Source of the DNA: Nemertoderma westbladi
Taxonomy: Eukaryota; Animalia; Xenacoelomorpha
Length of the DNA stretch: 64,000 bases
Direction of reading: 5' to 3'
Assembly: GCA_032718475.1 (NCBI GenBank)
Contig: JAUCBJ010003070.1
Location: 126,279-190,278, forward strand
The position numbers and the translations under genes were made by a program. Below, one piece after another: positions 1 to 11,420 of the stretch. Numbering within the stretch: position 1 is the stretch's first letter; every line of letters begins with the position of its first letter. The notes beneath the pieces were generated by a model that had not been told where the DNA came from, did not search any database, and saw only the letters and a list, made by a program, of their open reading frames with translations.

Positions 1-164
1 AAGGGTGAGATTTGATTCCACCGTTACTCCAATATTTCTGGCGGAATCACTACAATACAGTGCACTGCCTCACTTCCAACTTGTATCGGATTAAGATTTA
101 AATGTGTGCCGAAACGCGTCGCAGATAAATACACCGCCTTCAATTCATATCCCTACAGATGATC

Positions 165-360
165 TTGGGTTCAATCACTGCAGGCGAACTAGGGTAGTTT
201 TCGTTTTGGCACAAATGCTATAAAGGGACTAGCCATGGTGCATCTCCACTTTGTACCTTAAATGTTAGTTAAATGAGTACCATTTATCTCTGGACAGTAT
301 AGTTCTGGGGGGTCTATACTGAAAGTGAGTCATGAGGCGTGCCTCCAACACCTGCGAACT
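165..360 (+). mobile_element. Degenerate tRNA-derived SINE fragment
   Basis: B-box-like GGGTTCAATC followed by a body (agggtagttttcgttttggcac...aaatgagtac...gttctgggggg) that recurs at 25675-25880. Confidence 0.55.
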
Positions 361-1114
361 CAATTTTCTATATTTGCTTAATTGCCTTTCCTTGATTTTT
401 CGTTTCCGCGCTCATTGCCTCTAACATAAGGTTAATACAACTAAATCTGTGTAACTACAGTATGTGTCTAAATCTGTGTAAATTTATTTTTTTAATATGT
501 AGCTACGATTTTACTTTAGTCAATTTAATGAAATTACTGTAATAATATGGCTAACAACGAAAAGATCGTAATTGATCCAGCCTTCTATATGTAATGATGC
601 AATAATGATGTAATGATGTAATATGAGTTATCTTCCTTTACTAATACTGGAGTAGAATTCAAAGTACCATACTGTAATTTTTATTTTTTTTTAACATCCC
701 CCCCCCCCCCCCTTCGCGGGGCAGCTGGTGGAACCTTTATTGTTTAAACAAAAGGAATATGAATTTCTAATTACAGTACAAATCACTATAAAATATAAAT
801 ATTATTCTGTCTATCTTATTAAGATGGTAATTTTCCTTAACGGCGATATATTTCCTTTATCCAGTTTCTGAGAAATGATTTGAGAATAGCTAGGCCTGTG
901 AAAGAAACCGTAGCAAGTTTGGTATTATATGATGTGCCATAGGATAATAATACATTAAATGGTATGAATGTACTATAACATATTTTCTAGAATTCCGCAT
1001 CAGAGTAATTTATAAGAAAATAGTATAATAGGGTTGGAGCGCGGAAAAATTGTACTAGAAATAATTTAATATGGAGTAGCAAGGTGCCCTGAATCGAGTG
1101 GCTGGGTTTGTTTT

Positions 1115-1460
1115 TTGCTGTGTCAAGTACAATGCGCACATCTCCAACCGCAATCAGACACTATATAACATTTATAACATTGGAGGTGTCTCTTGTTTCC
1201 CCCAATTTTGACACTAGAATTTGATTTGCATTTACATGGTTTTCGCCGTGAGGACCAGCCAGTGCACAATGTTGTGCTTTTGCAGCCCCATGAAGAAAAC
1301 AAGCATGGTGGACAGCCCATGACTTTCATGAGACGCCTCCCTAAGGCGCCTGACCTTGAAGATGCGCATAATCCCGCGAAAATTATGGAGGATAGGGAGT
1401 TGTGGCGGTGCAACTTTGTTGATAACCCCATATATGTAGCATTCTTAATGCAAGCTGCAT
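1115..1460 (+). mobile_element. 3' fragment of RTE-clade LINE
   Basis: Matches the 3' end of the RTE copy at 27760-28090 (FRREDQPVHN...HGGQPMTF.RR). Confidence 0.8.
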
Positions 1461-1989
1461 TGGGCTTGCAAATTGGGGATTGTATGCTGGTGACTTAATG
1501 TTTTTGTTAAGCTGGCATAGAAATGCAGCAGGCCGATTATAGTATAGTGTTTTTTGTAAAAACACTAGGAAACGCTCGAAATGGCGGGTTTAAGTAAGCG
1601 CGGGAAGCCAATTTTGAAAGTCGGCTTTGATTGGCTGCTACAGATTTGACGTCACTACAAAGTGCTCTGATATGTTTTCAGATTTCCATCATGTGTATTA
1701 TTATTTACGGAGTTATACGACGAACGTGGCCACGATATTCGTAACCCAAATTAAAATTATTCGTTTAAAATAATTTAAAATAAACAAGTATTCCTAATAA
1801 GTGAGTATAAAGTGTAATACTGTAGTACAAAACTATAGGGCATAGTAAAATTCTGATTATTATAATCAGAAATTGGGGATTATTATCAGAAATTACACAC
1901 TATCCATGGAATACTAAATATACATTTATATATTTAGTATATTTAGTATTCCATGCACTATCTAATGACGAAAGGAAAGCGTCCTAGAA

Positions 1990-2285
1990 GATCTACAGTA
2001 GGTCTGTCGGCCCTCCAAATACTCCCACTTAACGTACCCAAATTTAACTTAAAAACATACGGTCAACGAGCATTCGCCTACGCAGCACCAGTAACTTTTA
2101 ATAGTTTGCCTATAAAAAATTCGGACCTGTACAGAACTAAACGATTCCAAAACGAAGGCAAAAACTTTCCGCCGTAGTTTCCACCGTAACTCAATTCCGA
2201 CTACGCGCCGTTTGAACTTTATTAATAATTTTATTATTATTCGCAAGGCGCTTTTAATATTTGCTTTATTATTATTATTATAATT
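1990..2285 (+). mobile_element. 3' end of L2/CR1-group LINE
   Basis: LNVPK..LKTYGQRAFAYAAP.TFNSLP resembles the ORF2 C-terminus of L2-type LINEs; followed by an (ATT)n tail. Confidence 0.65.
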
Positions 2286-2350
2286 ATATTTAATTCAGAT
2301 AAGGAATTATATAGGCCCACTGTTGTTTATAGTAGTTTATGAATGTAAAT

Positions 2351-4900
2351 TCACTGAACTCCAATCTTCATCTCTACTTTATCCATTGGTGCGTATCTGT
2401 AGCTGTGCGCAGGGTAAGAGAATGTGCTCCAAAACGGTCCCTGTCCGTCCTCCCATCTCCCATAGACGCCATTCAGATTGGCGAAGGTACAGTCCCGATA
2501 CCACCAGCCACCTTTAAGGAGGGCAGCCCAGTTAACGGAGGACCAATCGTCATTATCCTTATCGTGAGTCGAGAAAGGGGATTCATTGAGGTAGTCAATG
2601 CCGTAAAGTATCGAGTCACCAGCGGTGCCGCTGTAACCAGATATATGTAGCCTGTAATTCTCTGTAGAGTCACCAATGCTGAAGTTGTTATACTCGGCGT
2701 ATTTATGTTGGCCTTGGAACCACAGATCGACCCTCAATAAAACTCCATCTTTCGTAAAATTGTATATATTGTCCAGTCCGAGCCATAAATTATTTTCAAC
2801 ATCTCCAAATCCAGAAACGTATTTCGTCCATCCTAAATAGAAATCCTCTGATCCATCTACCCGCCTCTGTATGACTAGCCAGGGTCCTCCAGGTACAGTA
2901 TTGTCGCATCGAAGTGAACCATTCAATTCATTTGGATGGCTGACGATGGAAATTGTATCCACTGGGGTATTTGTGCAATTGGATGCAGGAATCGTTGTAG
3001 GAACGGAATTAGGAACATAGATAGGAACGGAAGTAGGAACGGAGGTAGGAACGGAGGTAGGAATGGTTGTAGGAACATAGGTAGGAATGGTTCTAGGAAT
3101 AGAGGTAGGAATGGTTGTAGGAACGGAGGTAGGAACAGAGGTAGGAATGGTTGTAGGAACAGAGGTAGTGATGGTTGTAGGAACGGAGGTGGGAACGGAA
3201 GTAGGAACGGTTGTAGGAACAGAGGTAGGAATGGTTGTAGGAACAGAGGTAGCGATGGTTGTAGGAACGGAGGTGGGAACGGAAGTAGGAACGGTTGTAG
3301 GAACATAGGTAGGAATGGTTGTAGGAACAGAGGTAGGAATGGTTGTAGGAACAGAGGTTGTGATGGTTGTAGGAACGGAGGTAGGAACAGAAGTAGGTAC
3401 GGTTGTAGGAACATAGGTAGGAATGGTTGTAGGAATAGAGGTAGGAATGGTTGTAGGAACGGAGGTAGGAACAGAGGTAGGAATGGTTGTAGGAACAGAG
3501 GTAGTGATGGTTGTAGGAACGGAGGTGGGAACGGAAGTAGGAACGGTTGTAGGAACAGAGGTAGGAATGGTTGTAGGAACAGAGGTAGCGATGGTTGTAG
3601 GAACGGAGGTGGGAACGGAAGTAGGAACGGTTGTAGGAACATAGGTAGGAATGGTTGTAGGAACAGAGGTAGGAATGGTTGTAGGAACAGAGGTTGTGAT
3701 GGTTGTAGGAACGGAGGTGGGAACGGAAGTAGGAACGGTTGTAGGAACATAGGTAGGAATGGTTGTAGGAACGGAGGTGGGAACGGAAGTAGGTACGATT
3801 GTAGGAACAGAGGTAGGAATGGTTGTAGGAACAGAGGTTGTGATGGTTGTAGGAACGGAGGTGGGAACGGAAGTAGGTACGGTTGTAGGAACATAGGTAG
3901 GAATGGTTGTAGGAATAGAGGTAGGAATGGTTGTAGGAACGGAGGTAGGAACAGAGGTAGGAATGGTTGTAGGAACGGAGGTTGGAATGGTTGTAAGAAC
4001 GTAATTAGGAACAGAGGAAGGAACGGAAGTAGGAACGGAAGTAGGAATGGTTGTAGAAAGGGAGGTTGGAATGGTTGTAAGAACGTAATTAGGAACAGAG
4101 GTAGGAACGGAAGTAGGAACGGAAGTAGGAATGGTTGTAGGAACGGAGGTTGGAATGGTTGTAGGAACGGAGGTTGGAATGGTTGTAGGAACGGAATTAG
4201 GAACAGAGGTAGGAACGGAAGTAGGAACGGAGGTAGGAATGGTTGTAGGAACGGAGGTTGGAATGGTTGTAGGAACGGATGTAGGAATGCTTGTAGGAAC
4301 GGAATTAGGAACGGTTGAAGGAACGGAATTAGGAACAGAGGTAGGAATAGTTGTAGGAACGGAAGTAGGAATAGTTGTAGGAACGGAAGTAGGAATAGTT
4401 GCAGGAACGGAGGTTGGAATGGTTGTAGGAACGGAATTAGGAACAGAGGTAGGAACGGAAATAGGAACAGAGGTAGGAATAGTTTTAGGAACGGAAGTAG
4501 GAATAGTTGTAGGAACGGAAGTATGAACGGTTGTAGGAACATATGTATAATTCTTCTCTAATAACATATTCACTAACTCGTAATTATTTTCCATTATATC
4601 AGCCATAACTTCTTCTAATTCCCCAACACTTTCCAGAATATAATTATTTTGAAATTTAATCAGATTGACTTCTTCCTTTTTGTTTGAAATTATTACCAAC
4701 AATATTCCTATCACCGCCCCCAGTAACAAGGCAACCACCATTCCACCCACAAGACCAGCCAACCATCTCCTTACTGAGACAATTCGGTGCTTAACTCCGT
4801 TAGTGCTATCTCGAAGACTGGCATCAGAGACACCGGCCAGGGCCACTGGAAATTCCCCTATTTGAAGTTGTGTATCACTATGGACACAATGTTGTTCCAT
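2351..4900 (-). CDS. Type II transmembrane protein with mucin-like PTS stalk and C-terminal fibrinogen-related domain (FIBCD1/ficolin-like architecture)
   Basis: 849-aa uninterrupted ORF: hydrophobic segment WLAGLVGGMVVALLLGAVIGILLVII, ~520 aa of PT(T/S)(I/V) repeats, then FReD motifs WLVIQRRVDGS, W..Y..GFG, WLGLDNI, FSTHDKDND, GGWWY..C..ANLNG, EMKI. Confidence 0.85.
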   Translation of the reverse strand: MEQHCVHSDTQLQIGEFPVALAGVSDASLRDSTNGVKHRIVSVRRWLAGLVGGMVVALLLGAVIGILLVIISNKKEEVNLIKFQNNYILESVGELEEVMADIMENNYELVNMLLEKNYTYVPTTVHTSVPTTIPTSVPKTIPTSVPISVPTSVPNSVPTTIPTSVPATIPTSVPTTIPTSVPTTIPTSVPNSVPSTVPNSVPTSIPTSVPTTIPTSVPTTIPTSVPTSVPTSVPNSVPTTIPTSVPTTIPTSVPTTIPTSVPTSVPTSVPNYVLTTIPTSLSTTIPTSVPTSVPSSVPNYVLTTIPTSVPTTIPTSVPTSVPTTIPTSIPTTIPTYVPTTVPTSVPTSVPTTITTSVPTTIPTSVPTIVPTSVPTSVPTTIPTYVPTTVPTSVPTSVPTTITTSVPTTIPTSVPTTIPTYVPTTVPTSVPTSVPTTIATSVPTTIPTSVPTTVPTSVPTSVPTTITTSVPTTIPTSVPTSVPTTIPTSIPTTIPTYVPTTVPTSVPTSVPTTITTSVPTTIPTSVPTTIPTYVPTTVPTSVPTSVPTTIATSVPTTIPTSVPTTVPTSVPTSVPTTITTSVPTTIPTSVPTSVPTTIPTSIPRTIPTYVPTTIPTSVPTSVPTSVPIYVPNSVPTTIPASNCTNTPVDTISIVSHPNELNGSLRCDNTVPGGPWLVIQRRVDGSEDFYLGWTKYVSGFGDVENNLWLGLDNIYNFTKDGVLLRVDLWFQGQHKYAEYNNFSIGDSTENYRLHISGYSGTAGDSILYGIDYLNESPFSTHDKDNDDWSSVNWAALLKGGWWYRDCTFANLNGVYGRWEDGQGPFWSTFSYPAHSYRYAPMDKVEMKIGVQ
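2990..4545. repeat. Coding 12-bp minisatellite (mucin stalk) with higher-order duplications
   Basis: Units such as gtaggaacggag and gtaggaatggtt; a block is duplicated with a 336-bp offset (3087 vs 3423). Confidence 0.95.
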
Positions 4901-6059
4901 GTTTATTGTATTAAGTTACTACAAAATTAATTATAATTTTTTGGGAGTAAAGTATATAGTAATAAATGCACCAATAAATTCCTTTTGACGTTTCTTTATA
5001 ATATATAAATATAATAAGAATAATCATAAATAATAAATTAATCAGAATAATAATAAAAATAAATCAATAAATAAACCACCTTACTGTAAAGGAATAATTG
5101 TTGGAATGTTACTTTGTGTCACTATGACAAGATGGTAGTTGAGCTATTACGTGAATTATCTTATCTGTACAACGTTTTAAGGGTAATTTTGTGTCAGTGG
5201 GTTCCAAATCGCTCAGTAGTCAATACAATATGCCTTTGACACATGTAGTTTCCCTGGAATTTCCCTCCTCACATACTCAAGTAAAATCCCCACCTTAATA
5301 AAGTTAGTATGAAAAACATAGAGGCTTACCATGTCGTGTGAGGTACTGTAGTAGGACAGTAGAGAGCCAAATTCCTTGCCCCAAATGTATTTCTAAATAA
5401 GGAATTATAAAAGCGCGCCAGGTTTGCTAGTCTACAGTAGTATCTATTAATACTATGGATTATAGATACTATCACAAGATACCTCACAAATTTAGTTTGG
5501 ATTGTCAAGCTGCAGTTGATGATGATGTGTATCATAAACATCAATTAATTTTCAATCTCTCAGAAGCAGAGGCGTACCGAGGTTTATGGCGCCTTGTGAC
5601 AAGCTGATTCTACCCCCCCCCCCCCCCCCCCCCCACAAATACATAAAATTCCGATTTTATTACCGATTTTAAAATATTATTACATTTTTAAAATGTTGTT
5701 TATACTAAAGTTGGATTACAATTAATACTTTCCTAGATTTTTTATCTGCAAATATATTTATTACATCGACCCAATCAATCAAATCAAACTTCGCGTTCTC
5801 GACTGTATTCTTAATACAGCCAAACTACTTAAACGATCTTGTAAATATAGTAAATAATAGCATTGTTGTTGCAATAAGCCCTAGGTGATTTAATAATGAA
5901 ATGGTTTGTAAGTGGTTTATTCCGTTAATAATAAAATAATTAATATTTTTCTTTTTTTTTATATATATTTAGCTACACTTGACTGGTTATTATTTATTCA
6001 GTTTATTATATATTTAGGTTATTATTCTTATTTATTGTTATTATTTGTTATTATTGTTA

Positions 6060-8932
6060 TCGAGGTGGACAGCGATGATCCTTGGAGTTCGGTTCCTTCG
6101 AAGCGTCGACGCAAGCCTGCTTATGTCGTGGCTACGGGTGCTCCCGGAACACGAGCTGAGGCTACAGGGAAGCTGAAAGCGGCTCCTCCTGAGATATTCG
6201 TATTTCGGTTACATAACTCTACTCGCAAAGAGGATATCATCGAGTGCCTTGGTGGTAGCAATATTACGGTGAAACAGGAGGATATCGAAGGGAAACTACA
6301 CGCTAAAGCCCGTACCCGTACCGCTAGCTTTAAGGTTGTCGTAAGCCATTCGGTCGGTTGCCATGGCAATCTAGAGAAGGCTCTGGATCCCTGGCTCTGG
6401 ATATTTATAACATTACTTGTAAATTTTGATCTTACAGAATTTATCCCGACTACGAAGCCTATAAGGCATAATTTCTCTACGGCAAATCAGTCGTCTAAAC
6501 AGGAATTTCATAATAAATTAAATAGTATTTTATCTTCTGTTAATTTAACAGAGTCCTGTGGTAATTGTAATGATATATTTTGCCAAAATGCTCTACACCG
6601 TGTCTCGTTAGAAAATTACTCTGTTCAGTTGTTAGATGCACTTGAAGAGGCTGCTGGTTGTCTTCCTCAGTCAGGAGGAAGTTCCGACAGACAAACAGAT
6701 CATAATCATCCTATTCCTGGTTGGAATGAGTCAGTTCGACCTTTTAAAAATGAGGCTGTATTTTGGCATCAACTTTGGTGTTCGGCTGGGAGGCCCAACG
6801 CCAGTCAGAGTCATCTGTTTCACCTTAGGCGTGTTTCCTGCTTGCAATATAAATATGCGGTACGCAGATTAAATAAAGTAACTGACGAAGTTAGACGGGA
6901 TAAATTATTACAAGCTTCTTTGAATGGTTCATGTGATCTCTTTTCGGAAATCAAGAAGTTAAGAGGGGGCATTAATGTTTGTAGTTCCAGCATCGACGGT
7001 CTGACAGATAATGCCGATATTGCAAATAGGTTTTCTGAGGTCTACGCAGCCCTATTCAATCAAGGTTTATAATTCAAATCTTGAAGAGGTTCCTATATGA
7101 GGTAATCCGCAATAAATTGCTTTCAGGTCCTGATGTTAATCCTCTGCAACCGACTATTACTCCTGAGATTATCCATGATGCGCTGATGTCTGATGTTTCA
7201 TATTCATTTGATAGTGGGGCCCTTATAAATGCTGGCAGACAATTTGAGGAGCACATTTCTATTTTGTTTAACTCATTCCTGGTGCACGGATTTGTTTCAA
7301 AAGTACTAACAGTTATGTCACTGGTTCCTATAATAAAGAATAAGTTAGGAAATATTTCTGAGATTGCAAATTACAGGGCTATCGCTATTGCTTCGCTACT
7401 GTTAAAAGTATTCGAATGGGTGTTGTTATTGACACAGGCAGACAACTTACAGTTAGATGAACTGCAATTCGGGTTTTGTCAAGGTTCCAGCACAACCATG
7501 TGTACTTGGACACCGTTAGAGGTTATTAACTACTATTCTAGAAATGCGACACCTGTATATTCCTGTTTCCTGGATCTGACGAAAGCGTTTGATTCGGTAG
7601 AATGGTCAAAGCTATTTCTCGAATTACTTAAGAAAGGTGTCTCTCCACTATTTATTCGTTGTTTGATATGGATTTACGAAAGTCAGTCTTGTTTAGTACG
7701 ATGGAACAACATGTCCTCCACTGCCTTTTCAATTTCTAATGGTGTAAGGCAAGGGTCGGTGGCTTCGCCCACTTGTTTCTGTATAATTATAAACCTACTG
7801 ATTTTGAAATTGAGGGATGTAAAAGTTGGGTTCTATATAGATAATTATTATTTTGGTATGGTTGCTTATGCCGATGACCTTCTTTTACTATGCCAGTCAA
7901 TTGCCGGTTTACAATTTATGGTGTCATTTATGCGAAAATTTTTGTAAAAGTTATAATTTACGTATCAGTACTGATATCAATCGAAGTAAATGCAAAACTA
8001 AGTGTATTCCTTTCTCTTTTAGTTGGAGCCCACCCAATAAGTGTATTCCTTTCTCTTTTAGTTGGAGCCCACCCAATTGTAATATTTTGGTTAATGGTAT
8101 TAAGTTGTCTTGGATACCTGAGGCCGTACATCTAGGAAATACTTTACACCATAAGGGTCATATGCACTCTGATGTTAACCGTAAAAGGGCTTCCTTTATT
8201 GGTAAACTAGATAATTTACGCATAGAATTTTATTTTGGTTTTCTGTACAATGTAACCAACTTGCAACGTGTTTTTTGTACGAGTTTTTATGGGAGCCCAT
8301 TATGGGATCTTTTTTCGGCTCATTGTAATCGTGTTTTCACTGCCTGGAATACTAATGTCCGCCTAGTTTGGTCATTACCTTACAACTCTCATAAATTTGT
8401 AGTGCAGGGAATTGTTTGTTTTACTCACCCACGTATCATGTTATATAACAGGTTTTTAAAGTTTGTCCGTAATATTTTGGTTTCAGATAAACCCAGATAA
8501 ACCCAGATAAACCCAGCATCCGATTTCTTGCATATCTATTTTATAATGATTGTGAATCGATTACTGGTAGTAATTTAAGAAATATTGCAAACGAATGTTC
8601 GTGTTCGTTAAATGTTATGCTTTTTAGCAATATTTTCCGTAATATTACTTATGTACAATCAGAACAGTCTCATAAATGGCGTATCAATATGTGTAGCGAA
8701 ATCTGTAATATTTTAAAAGATAATGGAAATGTTTTAGTACCTGGTTTCTCAAATGATGAATTACGCGTTATTCTGGATTACATAACTACGTACTAGCAAT
8801 AATTAGGAATTTACTTTAACAATTTTTCTTTCGGTGTACTCAACTCTACTTAATATTTGTTCATTGTGCTACTTACTATTCTGTACTCATTATCTTTTAC
8901 TAATGATGTATGACAATAATAATAATAATAAT
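6060..8932 (+). mobile_element. Degenerate non-LTR retrotransposon (ORF1 remnant plus frameshifted RT; endonuclease not seen)
   Basis: ORF1-like EIFVFRLH...SFKVVV; RT motifs QFGF, FLDLTKAFDSV, GVRQGSVASP and YADDL spread over ORFs 5912-7072, 7081-7947 and 7853-8500; (AAT)n tail at ~8915-8932. Confidence 0.85.
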
Positions 8933-8976
8933 TTAATTGTTTTCTAATGTATTTATTAGGGGCCTATATAGGTGTC

Positions 8977-9372
8977 GTCGCGTTACGGCTAATTTTTTGA
9001 GAGATTAGCCGTAACGCGACTTTCAAAGTCGCGGTACGGCTACTCTAAAAGTCGCGTTACGGCTAATTTTTTGAGAGATTAGCCGTAACGCGACTTTCAA
9101 AGTCGCGGTACGGCTACTCTAAAAGTCGCGTTACGGCAAATTTTTTGAGAGATTAGCCGTAACGCGACTTTCAAAGTCGCGGTACGGCTACTCTAAAAGT
9201 CGCGTTACGGCTAATTTTTTGAGAGATTAGCCGTAACGCGACTTTCAAAGTCGCGGTACGGCTACTCTAAAAGTCGCGTTACGGCTAATTTTTTGCCGTA
9301 ACGCGACTTTGAAAATCGCGGTACGGCTACTCTAAAAGTCGCGTTCACGGCTAATTGTCGCGTTACGCCTAA
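8977..9372. repeat. 74-bp tandem repeat, each unit containing a 20-bp perfect hairpin
   Basis: Unit starts at 8977, 9051, 9125, 9199 and 9273; stem aaagtcgcgttacggctaat / attagccgtaacgcgacttt. Confidence 0.95.
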
Positions 9373-9597
9373 TCTATTGTCTTGCTTTTACATAGGGAAT
9401 CATTATCAATATTATTCAATGGTGTTTACGTAGATGAGGTCCGAAAAATGTAATGTAGTAATGTTTTACAGCATTAGAGTATCCGGGGGGGGGGGGGGGG
9501 GTGGGGGATTTTACCATCTTTCATACTGTATGTTCTTCGACAACCTCACATTCAATATAAAATTGTGTAATTGTCAATAATAGCAGACAAATAAGCA

Positions 9598-10074
9598 ATG
9601 AATGGTTTTGTGGAACATATTCCACTACTTCATATAGATGTTGTTAACCAACAACGCCTGGCTCGCTACCGAGACCATATGGCGTTCTGTTTGGGGATTG
9701 ACAAGCAGGCAATGGCCGTCCTTCCAGCCGCCGATCACCACGTTGAAAGTCCAGCTGCATTGGGAGGGGGTGGTGATCCCGACTGGCATGTTGGTGTAGT
9801 GAACAACCCCTTCGCGGCCGAACCATTTCTTCCCACCCCACCACCGAACCACCACTTCGCGGCCGAACCATTCCAACCCACCCCACCAGCAAACCACCCC
9901 TTCGCGGCCGAACCATTCCAACCCACGCCACCACCAAACCACCCCTTCGCGGCCGAACCATTCCAACCCACGCCACCACCAAACCACCCCTTCGCGGCCG
10001 AACCATTCCAACCCACGCCACCACCGAACCAAATGCCATACGCGGGCGATGACAGGCTAATTCAAGAGCTTTAG
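9598..10074 (+). CDS. Hypothetical 158-aa protein with five 15-aa NHPFAAEPFQPTPPP repeats
   Basis: ATG-started, GC-richer ORF centred between the inverted arms; 45-bp repeat period; no recognisable homology. Confidence 0.4.
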   Translation: MNGFVEHIPLLHIDVVNQQRLARYRDHMAFCLGIDKQAMAVLPAADHHVESPAALGGGGDPDWHVGVVNNPFAAEPFLPTPPPNHHFAAEPFQPTPPANHPFAAEPFQPTPPPNHPFAAEPFQPTPPPNHPFAAEPFQPTPPPNQMPYAGDDRLIQEL

Positions 10075-10659
10075 TTTTAGATATTTTTGATTTGATTATT
10101 ATAATGATAAAAGCAAAGTGCAATATTTCGGCAAAATACTGATATACTTTCGACCAATACCTATGGTTATGTGTACTGTGGTACTTAATACAACAATAAT
10201 AATACAATAATTATCAAATTTAGTTTTTTAAGTTAAATCACCCCCCCCCCCCCCCCCCCCCCCTGGATACTCCCATGCTGTAAAACATTATTACATTAAA
10301 TTTTTCGAACCTTTCTCACCTGTACGTAACCACCATAGAATAATTTTGATAATGATTCCTTATGTAAAACCAAGACAATAGATTAGCCGTAACGCGACAA
10401 TTAGCCTTAACGCGACTTTTTGAATAGCCGTATCGCGACTTTTAAAGTCGCGACTTTCAGTAACGCGACATTAGCCGTACCGCCACTGCGCCCCTACAAA
10501 TCTACCATTATTGACTATATTAATATGAGTTCTGGCTGTCTTTCTGCTGTCTGTTCTTTTGGATGTACATACAATACATCAATATTTTATCATGGCTTAG
10601 TTTCATTCAACAACATACTCACACTATGTGGATAATGGTTTCTTTACCAACGTATGACA

Positions 10660-11420
10660 TTCTGGTCTTCTAGTCTGTAGGTCTGTACAACTTTATCTGT
10701 CTGTCCGACTGTCTGTCTGCTTGTCTGTCAATTAGAATTACAGTAATGCTTGTAAAATTCTATATAATTTTGGAAACAAACACAATATAATTTCAATAAT
10801 TAGATATTATTGATTTATTCATATGAATTTTATGTTTGTTGATGAGTGTAGCATTTACCTTATATAATGAACAGACAGACAGACATACTGACAAAAAGAC
10901 AGACTCACAATAAATTACAGACAACACAGACTTCATAAAATGTCTGTAGAAACAATTGTGTGTTCTTATACTGCAATTTAGTAGATAAATGTACTTGACT
11001 AAAATGGACAGACCGACAATGTAACCGACAAACAGACAGACAGACAGACACACAGACAGACAGATAGAAATTAATTTTCTGTCCACCACTTCTATTCTCA
11101 CCATCCGGATACAACATCACAAGCTTGTGTACAGGTTGATCCTGCCGATGGAAACTGTGCCCAGCAAGCATTAGGCGGCGCCTCTGCAGGGTGATGCTGG
11201 GTTTTGGCAGTGGTATGTTACCATAGTTGAATAGCACATCATTGCTTATTTGTGCCTCATATGTAACGTTGTGAAATTTATACAATTTATCCTTCAATAG
11301 TTTTGATTTACTTGTAAGAATTTTATATTTCTTTGATAGTTGTATCATACAACATAAAATAGGCAGAGAAACTGACAAACAGTCAGTCAAACTGACATAC
11401 AGACAGGGTACATTTATTAT
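10660..11420. repeat. (GACA/TGTC)n-rich region containing a minus-strand RTE 3' fragment (~11075-11275)
   Basis: Degenerate CAGA repeats; the fragment translates as LAGHSFHRQDQPVHKLV, like the RTE at 27005-28078. Confidence 0.6.

Larger units (their letters stand above)
8959..10494. mobile_element. Foldback/TIR element with palindromic repeat arrays enclosing a small ORF
   Basis: TA-GGGGC...GCCCC-TA ends; 9345-9507 is the inverted copy of ~10241-10410, including poly-G/poly-C tracts. Confidence 0.65.

Noticed and set aside
85-125. CCGAAACGCGTC suggestive of a Penelope hammerhead
   Set aside because: No upstream CTGANGA core and no associated ORF in the window.
2923-4542. Long alternative-frame and antisense ORFs (539 aa, 460 aa, etc.)
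   Set aside because: By-products of the stop-free 12-bp coding repeat.
8977-9372. CRISPR-like look of the palindromic repeats (also 36030-36540, 59370-60035)
   Set aside because: Units are contiguous with no unique spacers, no cas genes, eukaryotic TE context.
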